This document shows, piece after piece, positions 18,372 through 29,504 of a DNA stretch of 64,000 nucleotides. Each line of letters starts with the position of its first letter. Positions within the stretch are counted from its first letter, which is position 1. The notes beneath the pieces were generated by a model, which saw nothing but the letters and a program-made list of their open reading frames with translations, searched no databases and was not told the DNA's origin. Source of the DNA: Gammaproteobacteria bacterium (GTDB taxonomy: Bacteria > Pseudomonadota > Gammaproteobacteria > Ga0077554 > Ga007554); the NCBI GenBank assembly GCA_023266055.1, contig JAHFRW010000005.1:13106-77105 (forward strand). The letters run 5' to 3'. Position numbers and translations under genes: made by a program.

Positions 18372-18848
18372 GTGTGGGAATCTGATATCACCTCTATCAA
18401 AGTAAAGGGCGTCTATAAGCATCTGATAGTGATTATGGACATCTACTCACGCAAGATACGGGGCTGGTCATTAAGCCATACAAGAACCAGCAAGGATACC
18501 GTGACAGTCCTGAAACGGGTAATCAAGGCACGTTCACCAAGTGAAGCGATGATATTCCATACTGACAGAGGCATAGAATTCACCGGCCAGCCGTTCAGGA
18601 AGGAGCGCCAAAAACATGGCATACGACCCAGTGTTAATCGGTCTGGCAAGTGTACAGATAATGGCCATATGGAATCATTCTTCCATAACTTAAAGGCCGA
18701 GCGGATACGTGGCAGAGTATATGGAACGATGAGCGACCCAAGGGGAGCCTTGAATGGATATATCAATCAGTTCTACAATCGGAAACGAATGCACTCAGGG
18801 ATTGGCTATTTATCACCTGTAGAATATGAAGAGAGAGTAGTAGAATAA
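18372..18848 (+). pseudogene. IS3-family orfB integrase-core fragment
   Basis: DDE core motifs. Lacks its N-terminal part in-frame. Confidence 0.7.
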
Positions 18849-18908
18849 TGCGCGTGTCTATTTTATCGGGGGAAGATCAAGGCGGCACCCTGTTGTTTCA
18901 GCGCTTTT

Positions 18909-20357
18909 TTAGCCGCCCAGCTTTTTCTTCAGCAGTTCGTTCAACAGCGCCGGGTTCGCCTTGCCCTGCGTGGCTTTCATTGCCTGACCGACGAAGAAGC
19001 CGAACAGTTTTTCCTGCCCGCCATGATATTGTTCAAGCTGTTTAGGGTTGTTGGCAACAACAGCGTTGATGGCGGCTTCAATTGCGCCGGTGTCTGTGAC
19101 CTGCTTCAAACCTTTTTTCTCGATTACGGTGTCAGCATCACCTTCGCCATTCCACATCGCCTCGAATACTTCCTTGGCGATTTTGCCGGAGATGGTGTTG
19201 TCGGAGATGCGTTGGATCATGCCGCCTAGCCTATGTGCGGTGACCGGGCTGGCGGTGATGTCGAGGTTGGCTTTATTCAAGGCGCCGGATAAGTCGCCCA
19301 TCACCCAGTTGGCGGCGAGCTTGGCCGTGCCGCCAGACGCTTTTTCAGTCACCTCAAAAAAGTCGGCGAGTTCGCGACTGGCAGTGAGCACGCTGGCATC
19401 GTAGGGGGTGAGTCCGAATTGATGTACAAAGCGCTCGCGTTTTTCATCGGGTAATTCGGGCAGGGTTTTGCGCGTGGCTTCGATGAAGGCATCATCCAGA
19501 ATTACCGGCAATAAATCCGGGTCAGGGAAGTAACGGTAGTCCATCGCTTCTTCCTTGCTGCGCATGGAGCGGGTTTCGTCCTTGTTGGCATCGTACAGGC
19601 GCGTTTCCTGAATGACGGTGCCGCCGCGCTCCAGAAGATCCGTTTGCCGCTCGATTTCGTAATTAATGGCGCGTTCCACAAAACGGAAGGAGTTGATGTT
19701 TTTGATTTCTGCGCGAGTGCCGAATTTTCCCTGACCCTTGGGGCGCATGGAGACGTTGGCGTCGCAACGGAATGAACCTTCCTGCATGTTGCCGTCACAG
19801 ATTTCGAGGTAACGTACCAGCGAGTGAATTTTTTTCATGTAGGCGACGGCTTCTTTGGCGGAGCGCAAATCAGGTTCCGACACGATTTCCAGCAGCGGTG
19901 TTCCCGCGCGATTCAGGTCAACACCGGTCAGATCATGAAAGTCTTCATGCAATGATTTGCCGGCATCTTCTTCGAGGTGCGCGCGTGTGATGCCGATGGT
20001 TTTTCCAATCGTGTTGCCGGCACCGTCATCCAGCTGAATTTCCAGTGTACCTTGCGCGACGATGGGCAGCTCGTACTGGCTGATCTGGTAGCCTTTGGGC
20101 AGGTCGGGGTAAAAATAATTCTTGCGCGCAAATACCGAGCGTGGCGCAATTTTGCAGCCGGTGGCCAAGCCAAATTTTACTGCCATACGCACTGCTTCGG
20201 CATTCAATACTGGCAACACGCCGGGCATGCCCAGATCAACGACGCAGGCTTGTGTGTTGGGTGCCGCGCCATAGGCGGTGGCTGCGCCTGAGAAGATCTT
20301 GCTTTTGGTGGCAAGTTGGGCGTGAATTTCAAGACCGATGACGACTTCCCATTCCAT
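18909..20357 (-). CDS. gatB: Asp-tRNA(Asn)/Glu-tRNA(Gln) amidotransferase subunit B
   Basis: [25 protein letters not shown]...full-length GatB. The start is at the conserved MEWEVV. The track's 20390 start adds 11 residues. Confidence 0.9.
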   Translation of the reverse strand: MEWEVVIGLEIHAQLATKSKIFSGAATAYGAAPNTQACVVDLGMPGVLPVLNAEAVRMAVKFGLATGCKIAPRSVFARKNYFYPDLPKGYQISQYELPIVAQGTLEIQLDDGAGNTIGKTIGITRAHLEEDAGKSLHEDFHDLTGVDLNRAGTPLLEIVSEPDLRSAKEAVAYMKKIHSLVRYLEICDGNMQEGSFRCDANVSMRPKGQGKFGTRAEIKNINSFRFVERAINYEIERQTDLLERGGTVIQETRLYDANKDETRSMRSKEEAMDYRYFPDPDLLPVILDDAFIEATRKTLPELPDEKRERFVHQFGLTPYDASVLTASRELADFFEVTEKASGGTAKLAANWVMGDLSGALNKANLDITASPVTAHRLGGMIQRISDNTISGKIAKEVFEAMWNGEGDADTVIEKKGLKQVTDTGAIEAAINAVVANNPKQLEQYHGGQEKLFGFFVGQAMKATQGKANPALLNELLKKKLGG

Positions 20358-20442
20358 TTTATTTAGAATCTCTATCTGTTGTTGAGCCACGAAGCGCCTG
20401 GAGAAGAATGGTTTTATGGAATCTCTGCATGTGCGTGGTTAA

Positions 20443-21897
20443 TTACTTAAAGCCTTCCGGGGCACGTTGATGCCAATCCGTGACCTGCTGGTATTTATGC
20501 GCCGTATTTAACAGCCGCGCTTCATCAAAATAATTGCCGATAATCTGTAGTCCCACCGGACGCTGGCCGACAAACCCTGCCGGTATCGACATGCCGGGTA
20601 GACCTGCAAGGTTGACGGCGATGGTGTAGATGTCAGACAGGTACATGGTTACCGGGTCAGCAAGTTTTTCGCCCAGGTTAAAGGCGACGGTGGGTGATGT
20701 GGGGCCCATGATGACATCCACTTGTTTGAATGCCTGTGTAAAATCTTCGCTGATCAGGCGGCGCAATTGTTGTGCTTTCAGGTAATAGGCGTCGTAGTAG
20801 CCTGCCGATAACGCATAGGTGCCGATCATGATGCGGCGTTTGACTTCGGCGCCAAAGCCTTCGCCACGCGAGCGTTTGTAAAGGTCGGCGAGGTCTTTGG
20901 GGTCTGTGCAGCGATAGCCAAAGCGCACGCCGTCGAAACGCGACAGATTGGATGAGCATTCGGCAGGTGCGACGACATAATAAGTCGGCACCGAGAGCAT
21001 GGTGTTGGGCAGTGTGATGTCGACAATCTCGGCACCCAGTGCGCGGTATTGTTTGATGGCATCGTCGATGACTTTACCCACCTGGGCATCCAGACCCTTG
21101 CCGAAATATTCTCTGGGCAGGCCGATTTTCAGACCTTGCAGCGGGTTATTGAGGTTGGCGCGGTAGTCTGGCACGGGTGTGTCTACGCTGGTGGAGTCGA
21201 GCGCATCAAAACCGGCCATGGCGCCGAGCAGTATGGCGCAATCTTCAGCGCTGCGCGCCATGGGCCCGGCCTGGTCAAGGCTGGAGGCAAATGCGATCAT
21301 GCCGTAGCGCGATACGCGGCCATAGGTGGGTTTGATGCCGGTAATGCCGCACAATGCCGCTGGCTGACGAATCGAGCCGCCAGTGTCCGTGCCGGTGGCG
21401 GCGGGTGCGAGGCGCGCGGCGACCACGGCGGCTGAGCCACCCGATGAGCCGCCGGGCACGGCGTTGAGATCCCACGGGTTACGCACCGGACCGTAGAAAC
21501 TGGTTTCGTTGGACGAGCCCATGGCGAATTCATCCATGTTGGCTTTGCCCAGCATGACGGTGCCCGCGTCTTTCAGTTTGATGACGGTGGTGGCGTCATA
21601 GGGGGCGATGAAGTTATCGAGCATCTTCGAGCCACAGGTGGTTTTTACGCCCAGTGTGCAGAAAATATCTTTTTGAATGAGGGGAATGCCGGTGAGCGGC
21701 CCGGCTGTGCCACGCGCCAGTTGCGCATCGGCATGGCGCGCGCTGGTCAAGGCTTGTTCGCCGGTCAGTGTTACCAGTGCATTAAGCTGTGGGTTGAATT
21801 TATCGATACGCGCCAGAAAGGTGCGCGTCAGTTCTTCGCTGGAGTATTTTTTTGCATGTAAGTCAGCGGATAATTCAACGATAGTTTTATTGTGCAT
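20443..21897 (-). CDS. gatA: Asp-tRNA(Asn)/Glu-tRNA(Gln) amidotransferase subunit A (amidase)
   Basis: [28 protein letters not shown]...amidase signature [13 protein letters not shown]. The ORF-track start at 21972 is a TTG read as M. Confidence 0.9.
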   Translation of the reverse strand: MHNKTIVELSADLHAKKYSSEELTRTFLARIDKFNPQLNALVTLTGEQALTSARHADAQLARGTAGPLTGIPLIQKDIFCTLGVKTTCGSKMLDNFIAPYDATTVIKLKDAGTVMLGKANMDEFAMGSSNETSFYGPVRNPWDLNAVPGGSSGGSAAVVAARLAPAATGTDTGGSIRQPAALCGITGIKPTYGRVSRYGMIAFASSLDQAGPMARSAEDCAILLGAMAGFDALDSTSVDTPVPDYRANLNNPLQGLKIGLPREYFGKGLDAQVGKVIDDAIKQYRALGAEIVDITLPNTMLSVPTYYVVAPAECSSNLSRFDGVRFGYRCTDPKDLADLYKRSRGEGFGAEVKRRIMIGTYALSAGYYDAYYLKAQQLRRLISEDFTQAFKQVDVIMGPTSPTVAFNLGEKLADPVTMYLSDIYTIAVNLAGLPGMSIPAGFVGQRPVGLQIIGNYFDEARLLNTAHKYQQVTDWHQRAPEGFK

Positions 21898-22220
21898 TGG
21901 TTCTTGTATGAGGTTGTGAGCAAGAAAGCCGTGTGGTGCCAGGCATTTTTTAATTATCCCATGTTGCCACAATTATTAAAACCCGGCAGGGATTAATTGT
22001 GGATTCATGAAATTGGCAGGTTGCTGGATGGTGGGCGCACAGGTCCTGTTGGACTGGAAAGGCCGGACACGGTACGTACGATCACGTGCATCGTTCAAAG
22101 AAAAGCGGTATGGTTGGAATATCCTGGCGGCGCCTATTCATGACCTGCGCAAAAAAACGGGGTCAATTGATGGGGTGTGAAATGTGGGTGGCGTGAATAT
22201 CCACGGTCTTTCGTTGGTCG

Positions 22221-22508
22221 TTATTCGATCACTTTCGGCACCAGATATAACCCAGCTTCCACGTGTGGGGCAATGGATTGAAACAGTGTGCGCTGGTCAG
22301 TTTCTGTCACTTCGTCAGGGCGCAGGCGCTGCCGGGCATCCAGCGGGTGCGCCATGATCTCCACACCCGTTGTATCAACGGCCCCCATCTGTTCAACCAG
22401 ATGTAAAATGTTTGATAAGCTGGTGGCGTAATGTGGAATGTCGGCCTCTGCAATCTGAAGCCGCGCCAGTTGCGCAATTTTTTCAACATCCGACTTGTTT
22501 AGGCTCAT
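22221..22508 (-). CDS. gatC: Asp-tRNA(Asn)/Glu-tRNA(Gln) amidotransferase subunit C
   Basis: [41 protein letters not shown]... is a typical GatC. Note the unusual 324-bp gap to gatA. Confidence 0.8.
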   Translation of the reverse strand: MSLNKSDVEKIAQLARLQIAEADIPHYATSLSNILHLVEQMGAVDTTGVEIMAHPLDARQRLRPDEVTETDQRTLFQSIAPHVEAGLYLVPKVIE

Positions 22509-22677
22509 GAAAGTTACTCGTGGTACGATATATACAATACTAGGCTGGAAGCTTACCATATTCCCGATATATTAAGGGAGCTTGCTCAAAAGGCTCCTCA
22601 TTGGTAGATTACGGCATTTTTTAGCATAATTATTGCGCGGTATTTTTTAGCAACCCCCATCATGGAACGAACGACAC

Positions 22678-23727
22678 ATGTTTAAACGCCTACGCGGACT
22701 CTTCTCCAGTGACCTTTCAATCGATTTAGGCACGGCTAACACGCTGATTTATGTGCGTGGTCAAGGTATTGTACTGAATGAACCCTCCGTTGTGGCAGTA
22801 CGCCAGGATCGTGGGCCGGGCAGCCCCAAGACCATTGCAGCGGTCGGTGCCGAAGCCAAGTTGATGATTGGTCGAACCCCCGGTAACATTACCGCGATCC
22901 GCCCGTTGAAAGATGGCGTGATTGCTGATTTTACGATCACCGAAAAAATGCTTCAGCATTTTATTCATAAAGTGCATGAAACACGTTTTTTTCGCCCCAG
23001 CCCGCGAGTGCTGATCTGTGTGCCGTGTGGTTCTACCCAGGTGGAGCGGCGCGCCATCAAGGAATCGGCGGCAGGTGCAGGTGCGCGCGAAGTTTATTTG
23101 ATTGAGGAACCCATGGCCGCTGCATTGGGCGCAGGCATGCCCGTCGGTGAGGCCAGTGGTTCGATGGTGCTGGACATTGGGGGTGGCACGACCGAGGTGG
23201 CCATTATTTCATTGAACGGTATTGTGTATGCTGCTTCAGTGCGCATTGGCGGTGACCGGCTTGATGATGCGATTGTCAATTACGTGCGCCGCAATTATGG
23301 TACCTTGATCGGTGAATCCACCGCTGAGCGCATCAAGATTGAAATTGGTGCCGCGTATCCCGGCAAGGAAATCCGGGAGATCGAAGTCAGAGGGCGCAAC
23401 CTCTCCGAGGGTGTACCGCGCAGCTTCACACTGAATAGTAACGAAATTCTGGAAGCGCTTCAGGAACCCCTGGCAGGTATCGTAGGCGCGGTGCGTACCG
23501 CGCTGGAGCAAACCCCGCCCGATCTTGGTTCAGACATCGCTGAGCGCGGCATGGTGCTGACGGGCGGTGGCGCGCTATTGCGTGATCTTGACCGTTTGCT
23601 GACGGAAGAAACCGGTTTGCCTGTCGTGATTGCTGAAGACCCGCTCACCTGCGTGGCACGTGGTGGTGGCCGTGCGCTTGAGATGATAGACGAAGGTGGC
23701 GGCATGGATTTGTTTGCGTCCGAATAA
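22678..23727 (+). CDS. mreB: rod shape-determining actin homologue MreB
   Basis: [26 protein letters not shown]...full-length MreB. Confidence 0.95.
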   Translation: MFKRLRGLFSSDLSIDLGTANTLIYVRGQGIVLNEPSVVAVRQDRGPGSPKTIAAVGAEAKLMIGRTPGNITAIRPLKDGVIADFTITEKMLQHFIHKVHETRFFRPSPRVLICVPCGSTQVERRAIKESAAGAGAREVYLIEEPMAAALGAGMPVGEASGSMVLDIGGGTTEVAIISLNGIVYAASVRIGGDRLDDAIVNYVRRNYGTLIGESTAERIKIEIGAAYPGKEIREIEVRGRNLSEGVPRSFTLNSNEILEALQEPLAGIVGAVRTALEQTPPDLGSDIAERGMVLTGGGALLRDLDRLLTEETGLPVVIAEDPLTCVARGGGRALEMIDEGGGMDLFASE

Positions 23728-23836
23728 GATCGGACACGCATGACGGCAATGTTATTGTCATTTTCAGGATAATTTTTAATTCAAGAGGTCCGCCATCAAA
23801 CCCTTATTTATACAGGGACCTTCCATTACGCTCCGG

Positions 23837-24856
23837 TTGGTAGTGCTGGCACTGGTTTCATTTGCGTTAATGACCGCAGATCATCGCCAGCGCTATCTGG
23901 AAGTGGTGCGCACCGGGTTATCGGCAGCAGTCTACCCCCTTTATTACGTTGTTAATTTGCCGATTGTCGCCGGCGGCTGGGTAGGGGCAAACTTCACCAC
24001 GCATCAGTCCCTGAAAACCGAAAATGATCAGTTGCGTAGTGAGCACTTGCTGCTTAATGCAAAAGTCCAGACATTGGCGGCACTGGATGCGGAAAACGAT
24101 CGGCTGCGTACCCTGCTGGAGGCTTCTGCCAAGGTCAGTGAACGTGTATCCGTCGCTGAAATTGTGGCGGTTGATATAGACCCTTATGCCCGTAAGCTGG
24201 TACTTAATAAAGGTGCGCAAGAAGGTGTTTATGAAGGCCAGCCGTTAATTAGCGGTGAAGGTGTTCTGGGTCAGGTGATTAAGGTAGGTGGGCCCTCCAG
24301 CATTGCCATGCTGATTACCGACACCGGCCACTCCCTGCCGGTTATGCTCAACCGTACCGGTTTGCGTGCCATTGCCGTGGGCATGGGGGCCTCTGGGGCA
24401 TTGGATCTTTCTCATCTTCCCAATAGTACCGATATTAAAGTGGGTGATTTGCTGGTCACGTCCGGGCTGGACGGACGTTTTCCGCCTAATTATCCCGCTG
24501 CCGTAGTCACTCACGCCGAAAAAATGTCAAGCCAGCCATTTATGCAGGTGCGTGCTGTGCCTGCGGCGCATCTGGAGCATAACCGTGAAGTGTTATTGGT
24601 GTGGCACGTGCCGCCTGCGCCTGTGGTCACCAAATGCGATCCCGCAAAACAAAAATGCGCCGTACAGGGAAGTACAAGTGCCGCGCAAGGCAGAGTGCCG
24701 GAAGCGGCCGCCGTACAGGGAAGTGCGCCCGCAGCGATTTCTGTACCCGCCGCCAGTGGTGGCGCATCGTTGATGCCTGCCAGCCCATCTGTCACCGTAC
24801 CCGCTAAACCGACCCAAGCCCCTGTGGCTCCGGCTACGAATCAGGTGATTCCATGA
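23837..24856 (+). CDS. mreC: rod shape-determining protein MreC (Ala/Pro-rich C-terminal tail)
   Basis: MreC core, e.g. SGEGVLGQVIKVG. The in-frame upstream sequence AIKPLFIQGPSITLRL matches the conserved MreC N-terminus, so translation may start at 23795 from an ATC codon behind RBS aagagg. The 23837 start in the track is a TTG. Confidence 0.8.
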   Translation: MVVLALVSFALMTADHRQRYLEVVRTGLSAAVYPLYYVVNLPIVAGGWVGANFTTHQSLKTENDQLRSEHLLLNAKVQTLAALDAENDRLRTLLEASAKVSERVSVAEIVAVDIDPYARKLVLNKGAQEGVYEGQPLISGEGVLGQVIKVGGPSSIAMLITDTGHSLPVMLNRTGLRAIAVGMGASGALDLSHLPNSTDIKVGDLLVTSGLDGRFPPNYPAAVVTHAEKMSSQPFMQVRAVPAAHLEHNREVLLVWHVPPAPVVTKCDPAKQKCAVQGSTSAAQGRVPEAAAVQGSAPAAISVPAASGGASLMPASPSVTVPAKPTQAPVAPATNQVIP

Positions 24857-25341
24857 CACAAATGCAATCGACACCCGCGAGTGGCTGGCTGATTGGCCTC
24901 AGTTTCATAGTGGCTTTTGTGTTGACCATCGTGCCTTTGCCGGAAGAGATAGAAGCGTTTCGCCCTGAATGGATTGTTCTGGCGATAATTTACTGGGCAT
25001 TGACCCAACCACAAAATGTAGGTGTCGGCGTTGCCTGGATAATAGGTCTATTGCTTGATATTGTGCACGGTGCCGTATTTGGCCAACATGCACTGGGCAT
25101 GATTTTTGTGGCATATATTGTGGTGTATCTGCATCAGAGGATACGCACCTATCCATTGTGGCAGCAATTGCTGGGTGTGCTGGTGCTGCTGGTCATTTAT
25201 AAATTATTGTTGTTATGGATTTTCGGTGTGGTTGGACGACCCCTGGATATGTCGCTCTATTGGTCCTCTCTGCTGACGAGTGTATTGCTTTGGCCCTGGT
25301 TGTCGTCGATCATGCGTAAACGCACCGCCGTGCAGCGATAA
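24853..25341 (+). CDS. mreD: rod shape-determining protein MreD
   Basis: 162-aa polytopic membrane protein. 4-bp overlap with mreC. Confidence 0.85.
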   Translation: MTQMQSTPASGWLIGLSFIVAFVLTIVPLPEEIEAFRPEWIVLAIIYWALTQPQNVGVGVAWIIGLLLDIVHGAVFGQHALGMIFVAYIVVYLHQRIRTYPLWQQLLGVLVLLVIYKLLLLWIFGVVGRPLDMSLYWSSLLTSVLLWPWLSSIMRKRTAVQR

Positions 25342-25356
25342 TAGTCATTTACTGGA

Positions 25357-27309
25357 ATGCTCAGACCTCCCCTCAAGGATTACCGGCGCGAAAGCAAGAT
25401 ACTTAATAATCGCCTGATTGTGGCGAGTATCGTTATTGTAATACTAACGCTCGCCGTGATTTCCCGCCTGTTTTATTTACAGATTATAAGCTACGAGCAT
25501 TATGCAACGCTATCACAGGAGAATCGCGTTACATTGGTGCCGGTGCCCCCCCAGCGTGGTGTAATTTATGATCGTAATGGTGTCGTGCTGGCGCAGGATG
25601 CGCCCTCATTCAGTCTGGAAGTAACCTCCGACGAAGTTGATGATATGGATGCCATGCTCAAGGCATTGGGAGAGGTGATCACTCTCTCTGAGCGTGAAGT
25701 AAAGCGGTTTCGCCGCGAATTAAAGCAAAAACGGCGTTTTGAAGCGGTGCCCCTGAGGTTTAATCTTGACGATGAGGAAATGGCGCGTTTTGCGGTGAAT
25801 CGCTATCGTTTTCCGGGTGTAGGTGTCAAGGCGCGCATGGTGCGTCATTATCCTCTGGGTGAGCTGGGTGTACACGCACTGGGTTATGTAGGGCGCATTA
25901 ACGAAGCGGAGTTGAAAAAGCTTGATACAAATTACAGCGGTACCACGCACATCGGTAAATTGGGCATAGAAAAATCTTATGAAAGTATTCTGCATGGTAC
26001 GGTTGGTGTTGAACAGATTGAAACTACTGCCAGAGGGGATGCATTACGGGTGCTGGGTCATATTTTACCGGTGGCAGGTAAGGATATTTATTTGACATTG
26101 GATATTAACTTGCAGGCAGTGGCTGAAGGTGCGCTGGGTGGCAAGCGTGGTGCTGTGGTGGCCATTAATCCAAAGACGGGTGAGATACTGGCGTTTGCCA
26201 GCATGCCCAACTATGATGCCAATCTGTTTGTGAATGGTATTTCCTACGAGGATTATGACGCGCTGCAAACATCGTTGGACAAGCCACTGGTTAACCGTGC
26301 CTTGCAGGGGCAATATCCTCCCGGCTCTACTGTTAAACCATTTTACGCGCTGGCGGGTCTGGAATATAACAAGATCAAACCCAACGATACCGTGTCATGC
26401 CGTGGTTTTTTTCAACTGCCGGGTGTGGCGCATCGTTACCGTGACTGGAAAAAGGAAGGGCATGGCTCCGTTAATCTGGATACGGCGGTGGCGCAATCGT
26501 GTGACGTATACTTCTATACACTCGCGCAGTCACTGGGTATTGATGCCATGGCCACATTTATGGGTCAGTTTGGTCTGGGTAAAAAGACCGGCATTGATAT
26601 ACCGGGTGAAATGAGTGGTGCGATGCCGTCGTCTGCATGGAAACGCAAAATGTTCAATCAGCCGTGGTACGGTGGCGAAACACTGATAGCAGGTATTGGC
26701 CAGGGTTATGTGTTGACGACGCCATTACAGTTGGCGGCCATCACTGCGACACTGGCTAACAATGGTGTTCAGATGCAACCACATCTGCTGCGTGGCACCC
26801 ACGAACTGGGTAGCCCAACCATGACCGCAAAAGTGCCTGAGATCAGCCAGCGCGTGCCGGTTGTCAATGATGAAAACTGGCGTGCAGCCATCAATGCCAT
26901 GGTCAGTGTGGTGCATAGCCCGCGCGGCACGGCCTACGGCATGGGTGCGCGGTCGCCGTATAAAATTGCGGGGAAAACCGGTACAGCACAAGTGGTGGGT
27001 ATCAAGCAGGGTGAACGTTACAAGGAAAGTGAAACCCCGGAGCGTTTTCGCGATCATGCGTTGTTCGTTGCATTTGCGCCCGTGGAAGATCCGCAAATTG
27101 CAGTGGCCGTGCTGGTGGAAAATGGTGGGCACGGCAGCAGTGCCGCTGCTCCGGTTGCACGCACGCTGATGGATTATTATCTGCGGGATTCATATCCATC
27201 GTCGCGTGATGGGCAAACAGGCTCTGCTGGCATAAGGTCTCCGGTTGTTACGCCGACCCCTGCTGTTCCAGCATTGCCCGCCACCACGGCACCCGGTTCG
27301 TCATTGTGA
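25357..27309 (+). CDS. mrdA: penicillin-binding protein 2 (elongasome transpeptidase)
   Basis: N-terminal TM, PBP dimerisation and transpeptidase domains (STVKP, SCD, KTGT motifs). Confidence 0.9.
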   Translation: MLRPPLKDYRRESKILNNRLIVASIVIVILTLAVISRLFYLQIISYEHYATLSQENRVTLVPVPPQRGVIYDRNGVVLAQDAPSFSLEVTSDEVDDMDAMLKALGEVITLSEREVKRFRRELKQKRRFEAVPLRFNLDDEEMARFAVNRYRFPGVGVKARMVRHYPLGELGVHALGYVGRINEAELKKLDTNYSGTTHIGKLGIEKSYESILHGTVGVEQIETTARGDALRVLGHILPVAGKDIYLTLDINLQAVAEGALGGKRGAVVAINPKTGEILAFASMPNYDANLFVNGISYEDYDALQTSLDKPLVNRALQGQYPPGSTVKPFYALAGLEYNKIKPNDTVSCRGFFQLPGVAHRYRDWKKEGHGSVNLDTAVAQSCDVYFYTLAQSLGIDAMATFMGQFGLGKKTGIDIPGEMSGAMPSSAWKRKMFNQPWYGGETLIAGIGQGYVLTTPLQLAAITATLANNGVQMQPHLLRGTHELGSPTMTAKVPEISQRVPVVNDENWRAAINAMVSVVHSPRGTAYGMGARSPYKIAGKTGTAQVVGIKQGERYKESETPERFRDHALFVAFAPVEDPQIAVAVLVENGGHGSSAAAPVARTLMDYYLRDSYPSSRDGQTGSAGIRSPVVTPTPAVPALPATTAPGSSL

Positions 27310-27319
27310 GGGCTGTATC

Positions 27320-28456
27320 ATGATGCAGAAAGGAACGCATGCGTATCCCACGCCCAATGGCCCGGGGTTCTGGTTTAAGTTGATGCAACGTATTCACGTT
27401 GATATCCCGTTGTTATCGGGATTGTTGCTGTTGTCGCTGGCGGGGTTGGTCATCCTGTACAGTGCGGGCGGGCAAAGCATGGACGTGCTGGGTCGGCAAT
27501 TGGTACGTCTGGGGCTGGCATTTACGGTCATGATGGTGCTGGCGCAGATTCATCCCCAGCATTTGCAGCGCTGGGCGCCGCTGTTGTTTTCGGCGGGGGT
27601 AGCGTTGCTGGTGGCGGTATTGCTGGTGGGTGATATCGGTAAAGGCGCGCAACGCTGGCTGGAGTTTGGAGCGTTTCGTTTTCAGCCCTCGGAAATAATG
27701 CGCATTGCCGTGCCCATGATGGTTGCCTGGTATTTTGCAGAGCGCAACCTGCCGCCGCACCCGTTACGTTTATTGGTGGGCGCTGCATTGACGGTGGTTC
27801 CTGCGGCGATGATTGCCAAGCAACCTGATCTTGGTACGGCGTTGTTGATCACGTCCTCGGGTATTTTTGTGTTATTCCTGGCCGGAATGCGTTGGGCGCA
27901 TATTGCAGTGGTGGGTGGCATCGTGGCGGGATTGGTGCCCATTGCCTGGTCGATGATGCATGATTATCAGCGTCAACGCGTTCTTACTTTTCTGAATCCC
28001 GAGAGTGATCCATTGGGGAGCGGTTATCATATTATTCAATCAAAAATTGCCATTGGCTCGGGAGGTTTGTATGGTAAGGGTTGGCTGAATGGCACGCAGT
28101 CTTACCTGGAATTTATTCCCGAGCGCTCTACCGATTTTATTTTTGCCGTGCTCAGCGAAGAATTTGGCTTGATGGGTATTATCGTAGTATTATTGATCTA
28201 TCTGTTTATTGTGATGCGTGGTTTATATATTGCCTCACAGGCACATGATACCTTTACACGGTTGTTTGCAGGCAGCCTGATTCTTTCGTTCTCGGTGTAT
28301 ATCTTTGTCAATATTGGCATGGTTACCGCATTATTGCCTGTGGTAGGTGTGCCGTTACCGCTGATTAGTTACGGTGGAACATCCATGGTGACGATGATGG
28401 CCGCATTCGGTATCCTGATGTCCATACACACCCATCGCAAACTGGTGCCTACTTAA
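27320..28456 (+). CDS. mrdB: peptidoglycan glycosyltransferase RodA (SEDS family)
   Basis: MMQKGTHAYPTPN...ten-TM SEDS protein. RBS gaggg precedes the ATG at 27320. The track start at 27245 overlaps mrdA. Confidence 0.9.
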   Translation: MMQKGTHAYPTPNGPGFWFKLMQRIHVDIPLLSGLLLLSLAGLVILYSAGGQSMDVLGRQLVRLGLAFTVMMVLAQIHPQHLQRWAPLLFSAGVALLVAVLLVGDIGKGAQRWLEFGAFRFQPSEIMRIAVPMMVAWYFAERNLPPHPLRLLVGAALTVVPAAMIAKQPDLGTALLITSSGIFVLFLAGMRWAHIAVVGGIVAGLVPIAWSMMHDYQRQRVLTFLNPESDPLGSGYHIIQSKIAIGSGGLYGKGWLNGTQSYLEFIPERSTDFIFAVLSEEFGLMGIIVVLLIYLFIVMRGLYIASQAHDTFTRLFAGSLILSFSVYIFVNIGMVTALLPVVGVPLPLISYGGTSMVTMMAAFGILMSIHTHRKLVPT

Positions 28457-29502
28457 TGAATAGAGTAATTAACAAATTATTTGTTGGCGCGTCATTTAGT
28501 CTCATTCTGACCCTGCAGGTGCCGCATGTGTTGGCAGATGGTGTGTCATTACGCCCGGAAGTACGTCAGTTTGTCGAGCAAATGGCAAGCAGGCATCAGT
28601 TTAGTCGTAATGAGCTGGTTGCCCTGTTTGGTCAGGTGCAGTCGCGTCAGGACATTATTGCCGCAATGACCCGACCGGCTGAAGGCAAACCCTGGTTTCA
28701 ATACCGTCCGATTTTTGTTAATGATGCACGTGTTCAGGGTGGTGTCGAGTTCTGGAAAAAACATGAATCCGTGCTGGCAAAGGCGCAGGCTGATTATGGC
28801 GTGCCGCCTGAAATCATCACGGCGATTATCGGTGTGGAAACACGGTACGGCAAGCACACTGGCACTTACCGTGTTCTTGATGCGCTGTATACGTTAGGTT
28901 TTGATTATCCGCCACGCAGCACATTTTTCATGAGCGAGCTGGAACAATATCTGTTGCTCACACGTGAGGAAAAGCTGGATCCGGCTCTGCTGAAGGGTTC
29001 TTATGCCGGTGCGATGGGCCAGTCACAATTCATTTCCAGCAGTTATCGCCGATATGCGGTTGATTTTGATAATGACGGCGTACGTGACTTATGGCAAAGC
29101 ATTCCGGATATTATTGGCAGTGTGGCCAACTATTTTCAGGCATTTGGCTGGCGTGCGAATGAGCCGGTTGTCGCCCGGGCACAAGTGAGTGGTGAAGAAT
29201 ACAAGGCTTTACTGGACAATATCAAACCTAATATTACGATTGCCAATCTCAAGCAGAAAGGCGTCACGATTACCGATGATATTGCGCCAGATCAGTTAAG
29301 CGCCCTCATCGAATATCAGGGCGAGTCGGATATGGAATATTGGCTGGGCCTGCAGAATTTTTACGTTATTACCCGTTACAATCGTAGTCCCTTGTATGCC
29401 ATGGCAGTGTATCAACTGGCTCAGGAGATTCGCGCGTTGCATGATGCTCAGCACGTCAAGGATAAAACGTCTGCGGTTACCACCAAGCGCAAAGGAAAGT
29501 AA
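28456..29502 (+). CDS. mltB: lytic murein transglycosylase B
   Basis: AIIGVETRYGKHTGTYRVLDALYTLGFDYPPRS...YAGAMGQSQFISSSYRRYAVDFDNDG is an MltB-family signature. Confidence 0.85.
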   Translation: MNRVINKLFVGASFSLILTLQVPHVLADGVSLRPEVRQFVEQMASRHQFSRNELVALFGQVQSRQDIIAAMTRPAEGKPWFQYRPIFVNDARVQGGVEFWKKHESVLAKAQADYGVPPEIITAIIGVETRYGKHTGTYRVLDALYTLGFDYPPRSTFFMSELEQYLLLTREEKLDPALLKGSYAGAMGQSQFISSSYRRYAVDFDNDGVRDLWQSIPDIIGSVANYFQAFGWRANEPVVARAQVSGEEYKALLDNIKPNITIANLKQKGVTITDDIAPDQLSALIEYQGESDMEYWLGLQNFYVITRYNRSPLYAMAVYQLAQEIRALHDAQHVKDKTSAVTTKRKGK

Positions 29503-29504
29503 AC

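Larger units (their letters stand above)
17700..18860 (+). mobile_element. degenerate IS3-family IS (different member from the one at 1335-2597); orfA and orfB broken by frameshifts
   Basis: OrfA pieces (EFKTKAVQLSLNG; LDIHPFMLSRWRKEY; leucine zipper), an OrfB N-terminus in another frame (VSRGGYYA...), and the DDE core 18372..18848 (HTDRGIEF...DNGHMESFF). At least two frame disruptions. Confidence 0.75.
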
